DNA of 64,000 bases from an uncultured delta proteobacterium (GTDB lineage: Bacteria > Myxococcota_A > Polyangia > Polyangiales > Polyangiaceae): contig CAWAIF010000003.1 in NCBI GenBank assembly GCA_963782055.1, forward strand, positions 6,048,001 through 6,112,000. Reading direction: 5' to 3'. Every line of letters begins with the position of its first letter. Position 1 is the first letter of the stretch. This document shows, piece after piece, positions 1-8,364 of this stretch. A model generated the notes under the pieces. It made no database searches. It saw only the letters and a list, made by a program, of their open reading frames with translations, and was not told the origin of the DNA. Made by a program: the position numbers and the translations under genes.

Positions 1-48
1 CCGATCGTCTTCGCGGACGCCCCCTTCCCCTTCCGCGACAAGCCGTGA
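1..48 (+). CDS. 3' end of an upstream gene (partial, ...[15 protein letters not shown])
   Basis: Frame 1 is open from the window edge with GC3-rich codons; its TGA (46-48) overlaps the next gene's GTG (GTGA). Product not identifiable. Confidence 0.55.
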   Translation, partial: PIVFADAPFPFRDKP

Positions 49-1208
49 CGCGCGCGCTGCCCGACTTCGCCGCGGCGGTGCCCGCGTGGCTGGAGGACGC
101 GCACCGCGCGCTCGGCGCGGAGCTCTCCGCGCTGGCGGCCTGGCCGGACGACCACGACGCGTCGCGCGCCGTGGACCGCCTGCGAGGCGCCGGGCTGTTT
201 CGCCTCGTCGTCCCCGCGAAGGACGGCGGCCGCGACGTCGGCGGTGCCCCGGAGCGGGTCAGCGTGCGCGCGCTGTGCGTCGCGCGCGAGGCGCTCGGCT
301 ACGTCTCCCCGCTGGCGGACTCCATCCTCGCGGTGCAGGGCCTCGGGTCGTACCCGCTGGTGCTCTCCCCGACCGCGCACGACCGCGGGCGTATCCTGGG
401 AGAGGTCGCCCGAGGCGATCGCGTCGCGGCCTTCGCGCTCACCGAGCCGGAGGCGGGGAGCGACGTCGGCTCGATGCGCACCGCCGCGCGGCGCGAGGGC
501 GACGGGTGGGTGCTCGACGGCGAGAAGGTCTTCATCTCCAACGTGGGCATCGCCCGGCACTTCGTCGTCTTCGCGCGGGTCGAGGGCGCGCCCAAGCCCA
601 TCTCGGCGTTCCTGGTGCCGCACGACGCGCCGGGCCTGACGCTGGAGAAGGTGCCCATGTCGCTGGAGCACCCGCTCGGCCGGCTGCGCATGAGCGGCTG
701 CCAGCTGCCCGCCACGGCGCTCATCGGCGAGGTCGGGCACGGCATGCGGCTCGCGCTCGGCACGCTGGACGTCTTCCGCACCTCGGTGGGCGCGGCCGCG
801 TGCGGGATGGCGCGCCGCGCGCTCGACGAGACGGTGGAGCGCGTGAAGACCCGCGTGCAGTTCGGCAAGCCGCTCGCCGAGATGCAGCTCACCCAGGCGG
901 CGCTCGCGGAGATGGCGACCGAGCTGGACGCCGCGCGCATGCTCGTCTACCGCGCCGCGTGGCTGAAGGACCACGGCGAGCGCGCGAGCGTCGAGGTGGC
1001 CATGGCCAAGATGTTCGCGACGGAGGCCGCGCAGCGCATCATCGACCGCGCGGTGCAGCTCCACGGCGGCCTGGGCGTCGTGCTGGGCAGCGTGGTGGAG
1101 CAGCTCTACCGGGAGATCCGCCCGCTGCGCATCTACGAGGGCACCACCGAGATCCAGAAGCTCATCATCGGGGGCGCGCTCGTCGCCCCCGCCGGCGAGA
1201 AGCGGTGA
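45..1208 (+). CDS. acyl-CoA dehydrogenase
   Basis: Motifs [60 protein letters not shown]. Confidence 0.95.
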   Translation: MTRALPDFAAAVPAWLEDAHRALGAELSALAAWPDDHDASRAVDRLRGAGLFRLVVPAKDGGRDVGGAPERVSVRALCVAREALGYVSPLADSILAVQGLGSYPLVLSPTAHDRGRILGEVARGDRVAAFALTEPEAGSDVGSMRTAARREGDGWVLDGEKVFISNVGIARHFVVFARVEGAPKPISAFLVPHDAPGLTLEKVPMSLEHPLGRLRMSGCQLPATALIGEVGHGMRLALGTLDVFRTSVGAAACGMARRALDETVERVKTRVQFGKPLAEMQLTQAALAEMATELDAARMLVYRAAWLKDHGERASVEVAMAKMFATEAAQRIIDRAVQLHGGLGVVLGSVVEQLYREIRPLRIYEGTTEIQKLIIGGALVAPAGEKR

Positions 1209-2710
1209 GCCTGCTCTTTTCGCCGCTGCGCGTCGGGGCGATGACGCTCCCCAACCGGCTGGTGCTGCCGGCGATGGTGACGCGCCTCTCCGGGGAGGAC
1301 GGCCACGTCAACGACGATATACGTGTAAGGTACACGCGATTCGCCAGGGGCGGCGTGGGCCTGGTGGTGGTGGAGGCGATGGCGGTGCACTCCGCCAAGA
1401 GCGGGCCGCTGCTGCGCATCTCCGACGACGCCTTCGTCCCCGGACTCGCCGACCTGGCGAAGCGCTGCCACGACGCGGGGCCGGGCATGGTGGTGCCGCA
1501 GATCATCCACTTCCTCAAGATCGCCCGCTCCGGCTGGCGGCAGACGGTGGACATGCTCTCGCCGGCGGACCTCGACGGGATCGTGGAGGCGTACGGCCTC
1601 GCCGCCCTCCGCGCCCGGACGTGCGGCTTCGACGGGGTGGAGCTGCACATGGCCCACGCCTACACGCTGTCCTCCTTCCTCTCCCGGCTCAACCCGCGAC
1701 GCGACGCGTACGGCGGCACGCTGGAGAACCGCATGCGCCTCCCCTTGCGCGTCATCGATCGCGTGCGCGCCGTGGTGGGCGCCGACTTCCCCGTCGGCGT
1801 GCGCTTCGTGGGGGAGGAGTGCATCCGCAACGGCTACACCGTGGTCGACGCCGCCCCCATCGCGGCGCGCTTCGCGAAGGCGGGCGTGGACTACGTCTCT
1901 CTCTCGGCGGGCGGCAAGTTCGAGGACGCGCGCCACGTCCCGGGCGAGCCGCTCTACCCGTACACCGGCTACTCCGGCGACCGGTGCATGCCGGGCGCCA
2001 ACTACCCCGACGGCGCCAACCTGCACATCCCGGAGGCGGTGCGCGCGGCGGTGCGCGCGGCGGGACACGACACGCCCATCGTCGCCGCCGGCAAGATCGG
2101 CACACAGGAGCTGGCAGAGCAGGTGCTGCGCGACGGCAAGGGCGACCTCGTCGGCATGGCGCGCGCGCTGCTCGCCGACCCCGACATCCCGCGCAAGTGG
2201 CGCGAGGGGCGCGACGACACGGTCGTGCGATGCGTCTACGGCAACGTCTGCAAGGCGCTGGACGAGAACTTCAAGCGCGTGGTCTGCACCCTCTGGCCGA
2301 AGAAGCTCGGGCGCGCGCCGGAGAGCGACGACGCCGCGCCGCCGGAGTGGCCGGCCGACGGCGCCGGTCTGCGTGCAGAATACAAGGACGGCCGGGTTCT
2401 CCTGCGCTGGCGCGCCGCGCACGACGGCGAGGAGGTCTACGGCTACCAGGTCTTCCGCACGGAGGCGGGCGGCATCCTCTCGCACTACGCGAGCGTGCGC
2501 GCGCAGTCCCTCCGCTTCGAGGATGGGCACGTGGTGGGCGGCGCGCGCTACCGCTACGCCGTACGGCCGTACGACCTCGCGGGCAACCGCGGGCCGGCCT
2601 CGCCGCCCGTCGAGGTGGCGGTGCCCGACACCCACGTACCGCCGGACGAGGCGCCGCCGGTGGCCGGCGATTCCGGCGCGCTCGGGGCGTGCGCCGGCAA
2701 GGTGTCATGA
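1205..2710 (+). CDS. NADH:flavin oxidoreductase (Old Yellow Enzyme family) with C-terminal fibronectin-III-like domain
   Basis: GTG at 1205 overlaps the upstream TGA. Motifs LPNRLVLPAM, GFDGVELHMAHAY, RRDAYGGTLENRMR, GMARALLADP. The C-terminus LLRWRAAHD..VYGYQVFR..YRYAVRPYDLAGNRG resembles FN3. Confidence 0.9.
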   Translation: MSLLFSPLRVGAMTLPNRLVLPAMVTRLSGEDGHVNDDIRVRYTRFARGGVGLVVVEAMAVHSAKSGPLLRISDDAFVPGLADLAKRCHDAGPGMVVPQIIHFLKIARSGWRQTVDMLSPADLDGIVEAYGLAALRARTCGFDGVELHMAHAYTLSSFLSRLNPRRDAYGGTLENRMRLPLRVIDRVRAVVGADFPVGVRFVGEECIRNGYTVVDAAPIAARFAKAGVDYVSLSAGGKFEDARHVPGEPLYPYTGYSGDRCMPGANYPDGANLHIPEAVRAAVRAAGHDTPIVAAGKIGTQELAEQVLRDGKGDLVGMARALLADPDIPRKWREGRDDTVVRCVYGNVCKALDENFKRVVCTLWPKKLGRAPESDDAAPPEWPADGAGLRAEYKDGRVLLRWRAAHDGEEVYGYQVFRTEAGGILSHYASVRAQSLRFEDGHVVGGARYRYAVRPYDLAGNRGPASPPVEVAVPDTHVPPDEAPPVAGDSGALGACAGKVS

Positions 2711-3510
2711 CCGCACCGACGGTCGAGCGGTGGGCGCGCGACTACGTGCTCGCGCGCGACCTGGCCCACAAGCTGGCGCCGCCGCCGCGGCCGCGGGCGT
2801 GGGCGGAGCGACCCCAGCCGGAGCGCGTCGCCGCGCCGGGGAGGCCCCCGGAGCTGACGGTGGCGGCGCGCAGCCCCAAGCCCCTCGGTCCGCGGGCGCT
2901 GGAGCACCCGGAGCGGCGCGCGCGGCTGGTGCACACCTTCCTGCACCACGAGCTGCAGGCGGCGGAGCTGATGGCGTGGGCGGTGCTCGCCTTCCCGGAG
3001 ACGCCGCGCGCCTTCCGCGTGGGCCTGCTGGGGGTGATGGCCGACGAGCTGCGGCACATGGCCCTGTACGCGAGCTACTTGACCGGTCACGGGTTCCGCT
3101 TTGGCGACTTCCCGGTGCGTGACTGGTTCTGGGAGCGCGTCCCCTCCTGCCTCACGCCGGCGGCCTTCGTCGCCACGCTGGGCGTGGGGGTGGAGGGCGC
3201 CAACCTGGACCACACCCGCCGCTTCGCCGAGCGCTTCCGCGCGGCGGGCGACGACGAGGGCGCGCGCCTGCAGGAGACCGTGGGCCGCGAGGAGATCCCG
3301 CACGTCCGCTTCGCGCGGCGCTGGCTCGCGCGCTTCGCCGGCAAGGACGACTTCGACGCCTGGCGCGCCGAGCTGCCTCCGCCGCTCTCGCCCCTGCTCA
3401 TGCGCGGGGTCCCGATGGACCGGCCCGCCCGATTGCGTGCCGGATACACCGAAGACTTCCTGGACCGGCTGGCGGCCTACGACGCCGGCGAGGACGCGCC
3501 GCGCCGGTGA
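2707..3510 (+). CDS. ferritin-like diiron protein (DUF455 family)
   Basis: ATGA overlap at 2707. Motifs HTFLHHELQAAE, DELRH, VEGANLD, EEIPHVRFARRW form an ExxH-type diiron ligand set. Confidence 0.85.
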   Translation: MTAPTVERWARDYVLARDLAHKLAPPPRPRAWAERPQPERVAAPGRPPELTVAARSPKPLGPRALEHPERRARLVHTFLHHELQAAELMAWAVLAFPETPRAFRVGLLGVMADELRHMALYASYLTGHGFRFGDFPVRDWFWERVPSCLTPAAFVATLGVGVEGANLDHTRRFAERFRAAGDDEGARLQETVGREEIPHVRFARRWLARFAGKDDFDAWRAELPPPLSPLLMRGVPMDRPARLRAGYTEDFLDRLAAYDAGEDAPRR

Positions 3511-4397
3511 TCGCCTGGGTGCTCAACCTGGCCGCGGAGGAGGAGCTGGAGCGACCCGACGCCCACACGCCCTCGCGGCGCGCGCGCGAGCGCCTCGCCG
3601 CGCTGATGGCTCACCTGCGGCCGCTGCTCGGGCCGGATGGGGTGGTCGTGGACGACGACACGCGGGTGCCCGCGGGCACGCCAGGGCGCGCGTGGTGCCC
3701 CACGCCGGCCGCGCTGCGCCGGCTCGCCGCGTGCGGCGCCCGGGTGCCGGAGGCGCCGCCGCTGGAGGTGCTCCGCCGCGTCAACCACCGCGCCTTCTGC
3801 GCGGCGCAGGGCCAGACGCTGGAGGGCGCGCGTTTCGTGACGACGATGGATGCGCTGGCGGAGGCGGTGGGGGGGCCGTCGGCCACCGGCGCGTGGCTCC
3901 TCAAGCACCCGCTGGGCTTCGCCGGCCGCGGCAGGTTGCGCGTGCCCTGCGGCCCGCTCTCCCCCGCCGACTGGACCGCGGCCGCGCGCCTGATGGAGCG
4001 GGCGGGAGGCGCGCAGGTGGAGCCGCTCGTCGTGCGACGCGGCGACTTCGGCCTGCACGGCTTCCTCGCGAGGGACGGCGCCCTCTCCACCGGCGAGCCG
4101 ACGACGCAGCAGTGCGACGAGCGCGGCACCTGGCGCGGGACGGCGCGAGGCGCGGACCTCTCGGCGGACGAAGAGCGCGCGCTGCGTAACTCGCTCGTGC
4201 GCGCCGCCGACGCGCTGCGCGAGGCGGGCTACTTTGGCCCCTTCGGCCTCGACGCCTTTCGCTACGAGGGCGCGAGCGGCTCGCTGCGCTTCAACCCGCG
4301 CGCGGAGATCAACGCCCGCTACTCCATGGGCTGGGCCACCGGCATGGGCCCCCTCCGCCCCGACCTGCTCATCGCCGCCTCTCCCACCGGCCGGTGA
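3507..4397 (+). CDS. hypothetical protein, divergent ATP-grasp-like fold
   Basis: GTGA overlap. Motifs WLLKHPLGFAGRG, QVEP, GYFGPFGLDAF, EINARYSMG resemble ATP-grasp ligase motifs. Confidence 0.6.
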   Translation: MIAWVLNLAAEEELERPDAHTPSRRARERLAALMAHLRPLLGPDGVVVDDDTRVPAGTPGRAWCPTPAALRRLAACGARVPEAPPLEVLRRVNHRAFCAAQGQTLEGARFVTTMDALAEAVGGPSATGAWLLKHPLGFAGRGRLRVPCGPLSPADWTAAARLMERAGGAQVEPLVVRRGDFGLHGFLARDGALSTGEPTTQQCDERGTWRGTARGADLSADEERALRNSLVRAADALREAGYFGPFGLDAFRYEGASGSLRFNPRAEINARYSMGWATGMGPLRPDLLIAASPTGR

Positions 4398-4500
4398 GCG
4401 CTCGGCGGCGGCTGTTGCCCATGAGGGTCCACGCACGGCCCGACGCGCAGCGGAGATCCGGCGCGGGCCGGCGCCCAACGAACAACGACCGTTCCTCTCC

Positions 4501-4538
4501 TGTCCCCCCTGTCCCCCCTGTCCCCCCTTCCTGTCCCC
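4501..4538. repeat. tandem repeat (TGTCCCCCC)x3 plus a partial copy
   Basis: Read directly: copies at 4501-4509, 4510-4518, 4519-4527, then TTCCTGTCCCC. Confidence 0.9.
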
Positions 4539-4548
4539 GGACACCCAG

Positions 4549-4580
4549 CGTCGAAGTGCAAGGGTCCTTTCACTCCGACG
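4549..4580. promoter_or_regulatory. imperfect palindrome, candidate MarR operator
   Basis: CGTCGAAGTG-C-AAGG-GT-CCTT-T-CACTCCGACG, about 60 bp upstream of a MarR-like gene. Confidence 0.45.
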
Positions 4581-4637
4581 TTTCTGCGGGGATCCGTGGG
4601 GAGGGGGGGTGGCATGGGGGGTGCTTTGGGGGTGGGG

Positions 4638-5246
4638 ATGATGGCGGGACTGGATCCGGTGTTCTTCACGATCAAGCGGGCGTATTACGCGACGCTCCGG
4701 CTCACCCGGCGGGCGCTTGGGGCGATGGGGCTCACCGCAGCTCGGTTCGATGTGCTCGACGCGCTCTACCGGCTGGGGACGGGGTGCGCGCACTACCAGA
4801 GCGATCTGCGGCGCGGGCTCGGGGTGGCGCGGGCGACGATCAGCGAGATGATGCGGGCGCTCGAGACGATCGGGCTCGTGACGCGGCGGAGGGTCGGGCG
4901 CGAGGTGATCGTCGCGCTCACGGCCGAGGGACGCCGGCGTGTCCGGCGGGCGTATTACGGGCTCGTGCTCGTGGGGCACGTGGGGTTCGCGCTGGACGGC
5001 GCGCTCGCGCCGGGTGAGCGGCGCTGGCCCGATGCGCGGCGGTGCGCCAGTGCACGGCGGCACCTCGAGACGCTCTGCATGCGCATCCGGCACGGGTTCG
5101 GCGATCAGGCCGAGCTCGACCGGCTGACCGAGTGCGGGGCCTGGGTGCTACGGGACCTGGACCGCACCCGCCGCGCCCAGGCGCGCGAGGAGGAGCGCCG
5201 GCGCGAGCTCGATGGCGCACTCGCGCTCGCCACGCCGAGCGCGTGA
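4638..5246 (+). CDS. MarR-family winged-helix regulator with C-terminal extension
   Basis: GLTAARFDVL..QSDLRRGLGVARATISEMMRALETIGLVTR..VALTAEGR. Confidence 0.8.
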   Translation: MMAGLDPVFFTIKRAYYATLRLTRRALGAMGLTAARFDVLDALYRLGTGCAHYQSDLRRGLGVARATISEMMRALETIGLVTRRRVGREVIVALTAEGRRRVRRAYYGLVLVGHVGFALDGALAPGERRWPDARRCASARRHLETLCMRIRHGFGDQAELDRLTECGAWVLRDLDRTRRAQAREEERRRELDGALALATPSA

Positions 5247-5484
5247 CCAGGCCGGCCCGGAAGCGCACCGGGCAAGCGAGCCGAGAGATCGAATCCTCCC
5301 GCCTCCAGGCGCCGCGCCGCGCGGCGGGAAAGAACGGAGCTCGCGCATGCGGCGGCGCGGTCGGCGCCGGCTCCCGAAGCGGGCCGAGCGCTGGTCGAGC
5401 GCAGGTCGTAGCTCGAGTTCGAGCCAAAGGCCGTGAACTCGCCGCTTCCAGACGGGGGTCGGCGCAGCGCCCCGGGGCGTGAGC

Positions 5485-5769
5485 TCAGCCCAGCCCGTGC
5501 GCGAGCTTCCTCGGTCCGTCGGAGAAGAGGACCTCCACACGCAACGGGTCGACGTCGATCACGATGCCCTTGCCGAACTTCACGTGCGACACGTACGCGG
5601 CGCGGGCGAAGCGGGACTTGGGGGAGTACGCGGTGAAGGCGTCATCCGGCTGCGAGGCGACGTCCTTTTCCCAGTCCCACTCCTTCGGGGGCTGTTTTGG
5701 GGAGAAAAACCCACCGTCGCCTTCGCTCTCGCGACCGCGACGCACTTCCTTGGAGCGCTTCATCGACAT
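5485..5769 (-). CDS. small protein with PcrA/UvrD C-terminal Tudor-like motif
   Basis: YVSHVKFGKGIVIDVDPLRVEVLFSDGPRKL; GC3-rich codons. Confidence 0.65.
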   Translation of the reverse strand: MSMKRSKEVRRGRESEGDGGFFSPKQPPKEWDWEKDVASQPDDAFTAYSPKSRFARAAYVSHVKFGKGIVIDVDPLRVEVLFSDGPRKLAHGLG

Positions 5770-5826
5770 GGCGCGTCCCATATACTCGAATCCCGCGCGT
5801 TGACCAGAGGCGCTAGGCTCCTGCGC

Positions 5827-6015
5827 ATGAGGCGAATGCTCTTTCTTGCCTGCGTGGTGGTGCTCGGCTGCCCCACCCGGTCCACCCCCGCGGCGCCCAA
5901 GCCCTGCACCAAGGTGGGTGACTCCTGCCAGTTTGCCCCCGGGAAGCTGGGCACCTGCGTCGCCCGCGACGACTGCCAGGGCCAGAACTGCCTGGTCTGC
6001 CAGTCGCAGCACTGA
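5827..6015 (+). CDS. small Cys-rich secreted protein/lipoprotein (62 aa)
   Basis: Signal MRRMLFLACVVVLGC followed by 6 further Cys; TAGGCT box 7 nt upstream. Confidence 0.6.
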   Translation: MRRMLFLACVVVLGCPTRSTPAAPKPCTKVGDSCQFAPGKLGTCVARDDCQGQNCLVCQSQH

Positions 6016-6107
6016 GTGAACCGCGGCACGCCCGACGCGTGGCGGAGGGTGCGGGTGACGGGCGCATGAACTCCGTGTACGAATGGTGGCCCAACCAGGA
6101 GGGCGTC

Positions 6108-6644
6108 ATGCGCCGGTTCGTCTTGCTGCTCCTCACCGTCCTCGTCGTCACGCTGGCCAGCACGGCCTCCGCGCTGAAGCCCAACGCCCAGGGCTGGTAC
6201 CACACCGGCGACGCCGTCCGGCAGAAGACGGTCGTCTTCGTCTCGGTGAACGTCTACCGCATCAGCCACGACATGAAGTGCGTGGTGCCGCGGAACAAGC
6301 GCGCCGTCATCGACGCCGCCTGCGACAAGCGCTTCACCTGGACGATGATGCGCGACGTGGGCGCGGGGAAGATCATCGACGCGATGCGCGAGGCCTACCA
6401 GATGAACGGCTACTCCAACGCCGCCAAGATCAACCAGGCGCTCGCCGCCTTCAGGGCGGAGTTCAAGGAGAACGCGCAGGTTCGCATCAGCTACAACGCC
6501 GCCGCCAAGACGACGACGTTCTGGGAGCAGAACGGCGGCACCACCACCGTGGCCGGCGAGGACTTCATGAAGGCCACCTGGAGCATCTGGTTCGGCAAGA
6601 TCGACCCGCCGTCGATCGGCGACAAGCTCATCGCCAACCTCTGA
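6108..6644 (+). CDS. secreted chalcone-isomerase-like (fatty-acid-binding) protein
   Basis: GGAGG RBS and signal peptide. Motifs VRQKTVVFVSVNVY, MMRDV..KIIDAMREA, GEDFMKATWSIWFG..P. Confidence 0.75.
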   Translation: MRRFVLLLLTVLVVTLASTASALKPNAQGWYHTGDAVRQKTVVFVSVNVYRISHDMKCVVPRNKRAVIDAACDKRFTWTMMRDVGAGKIIDAMREAYQMNGYSNAAKINQALAAFRAEFKENAQVRISYNAAAKTTTFWEQNGGTTTVAGEDFMKATWSIWFGKIDPPSIGDKLIANL

Positions 6645-6720
6645 GGGGCAGCCGACGCCCCAAGGGCGCGTGGACTGGGCCGTGGTCCCTCCCGCGTTCC
6701 GGCGGGTGTATCCTGGGGGT

Positions 6721-8364
6721 GTGACGACGCGGCCCACCTTCCCCGACGACCTCAACCTCGCCGACTACTACCTCTTCGACCGCCTCAAGGACGGGCTGGG
6801 CGAGAAGGTCGCCCTGCGCTTCGGCGATCGCTCCTGGACCTACCAGACCGTCGCCGAGCGCACGCGCGCCTTCGCCACGCTGCTGGCCGGGTCCGGCATC
6901 CGGCGCGGCGAGCGGGTGCTCATCATCCTGCCGGACGTGCCGCCGTTCGCGTGGGTCTTCTTCGGCACCCTCGCCGCGGGATGCGTGGTGGCGATGGGCA
7001 ACCCCGACGTGCCGGCGGCGTCGCTGGAGTACCTGGTGGACTACACGCGCGCGACCGCCGTCGTGACCGTGCCGAAGGTGTACGAGGCGCTGAAGGAGGC
7101 GATGGCGGAGGGGCGCGTCGGCGCGGAGGTGCGCAGCATGTGGGTCGTCCCGTACGCCGCGACGGGGGAGGACCCGGAGGCGCCGCTCGGCCTCGGCGCG
7201 GTCGAGCTCGCCGCCGCGCTGAAGCGCCCGCCCGCGGAGGGCCGGCTGCCGCGCACGCACCGCGACGAGCCGGCGATCTGGCTGTTCACCAGCGGCTCGA
7301 CGGGCGAGCCGAAGGCGAACATGCACACCCACCGTGACTTCGCCTTCAACACCGAGGTCTACGCCAAGCGGACCGTCGGCTACGCGAAGGACGACGTCTC
7401 GGTGAGCGTGCCGCGCCTGTACTTCGGCTACGCGACCGGCACCAACCTCATGTTCCCCTTCGCCGTCGGCGCGACGGTCGGCCTCTTCAGCGAGCGCCCC
7501 ACGCCGGAGTCGCTGTCGCGCGCCATCGCCACGTACCGGCCGACCGTCGTCACCAACGTGCCGACGATGCTGGGCAAGCTGCTGGAGCACGACGCCGCCC
7601 TGCGCGCGAAGGGCGAGCCCGGCCTGGACCTCTCCAGCATCCGCTTCTCCCTCTCCGCGGGCGAGGCGCTGCCCAGGGCGCTCCTCGACCGCTGGCTGGA
7701 GCGCTTCCACAGCGACGTCTACGACGGCATCGGCTCCGCCGAGATGTTCCACATCTACGCCTCCAACCGCCCCGGCGACGTGAAGCCCGGCTCCCTCGGC
7801 AAGGCGGTGGAGGGCTACGAGCTGCGCATCCTGCCGGCCGACGCCGAGGGCGCGGGCGCGACGCCCTGCGCGCCGGGAGAGATCGGCGTGCTCTGGGTGA
7901 AGGGCGACAGCGTGTCGCTCGGCTACTGGCTGGACCGCGACAAGAGCTTCAGGACCTTCCACGGCCACTGGTGCCGCACCGGGGACCTCTTCCACGTCGA
8001 CGAGGAGGGTTACCTGTACTTCGACGGCCGCGCGGACGAGCTGCTCAAGGTGAGCGGCCTGTGGGTCTCCCCGCTGGAGGTGGAGCAGTGCCTGATGCAC
8101 CACGAGGCGGTCTCGCTCGCGGCCGTCATCGGCGTGGAGGAGGAGGGGCTACTCAAGCCGAAGGCCTTCGTCGTGCTGCGCGCCACGCACTCCGCCAGCG
8201 ACGCGCTCGCCGGCGAGCTGCAGGAGCACGTCAAGGCGCGCCTCTCCAAGCACAAGTACCCCCGCATCGTGGAGTTCGTCGCCGACGTCCCCAAGAACGA
8301 CCGCGGCAAGGTGGACCGCAAGGCGCTGCGGGCGATGGAGACCGGCCGGCGGGCCGGCGGCTGA
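6721..8364 (+). CDS. benzoate-CoA ligase family (aromatic acid-CoA ligase)
   Basis: WLFTSGSTGEPKA, PRLYFGYATG, SAGEALP, DGIGSAEMFHIY, RTGD, GRADELLKVSG, PKNDRGK. Confidence 0.92.
   Translation: MTTRPTFPDDLNLADYYLFDRLKDGLGEKVALRFGDRSWTYQTVAERTRAFATLLAGSGIRRGERVLIILPDVPPFAWVFFGTLAAGCVVAMGNPDVPAASLEYLVDYTRATAVVTVPKVYEALKEAMAEGRVGAEVRSMWVVPYAATGEDPEAPLGLGAVELAAALKRPPAEGRLPRTHRDEPAIWLFTSGSTGEPKANMHTHRDFAFNTEVYAKRTVGYAKDDVSVSVPRLYFGYATGTNLMFPFAVGATVGLFSERPTPESLSRAIATYRPTVVTNVPTMLGKLLEHDAALRAKGEPGLDLSSIRFSLSAGEALPRALLDRWLERFHSDVYDGIGSAEMFHIYASNRPGDVKPGSLGKAVEGYELRILPADAEGAGATPCAPGEIGVLWVKGDSVSLGYWLDRDKSFRTFHGHWCRTGDLFHVDEEGYLYFDGRADELLKVSGLWVSPLEVEQCLMHHEAVSLAAVIGVEEEGLLKPKAFVVLRATHSASDALAGELQEHVKARLSKHKYPRIVEFVADVPKNDRGKVDRKALRAMETGRRAGG

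Noticed and set aside
86..2710. 874-aa ORF
   Set aside because: The N-terminal part is an Arg/Gly-rich shadow frame of the acyl-CoA dehydrogenase; the real start is the GTG at 1205.
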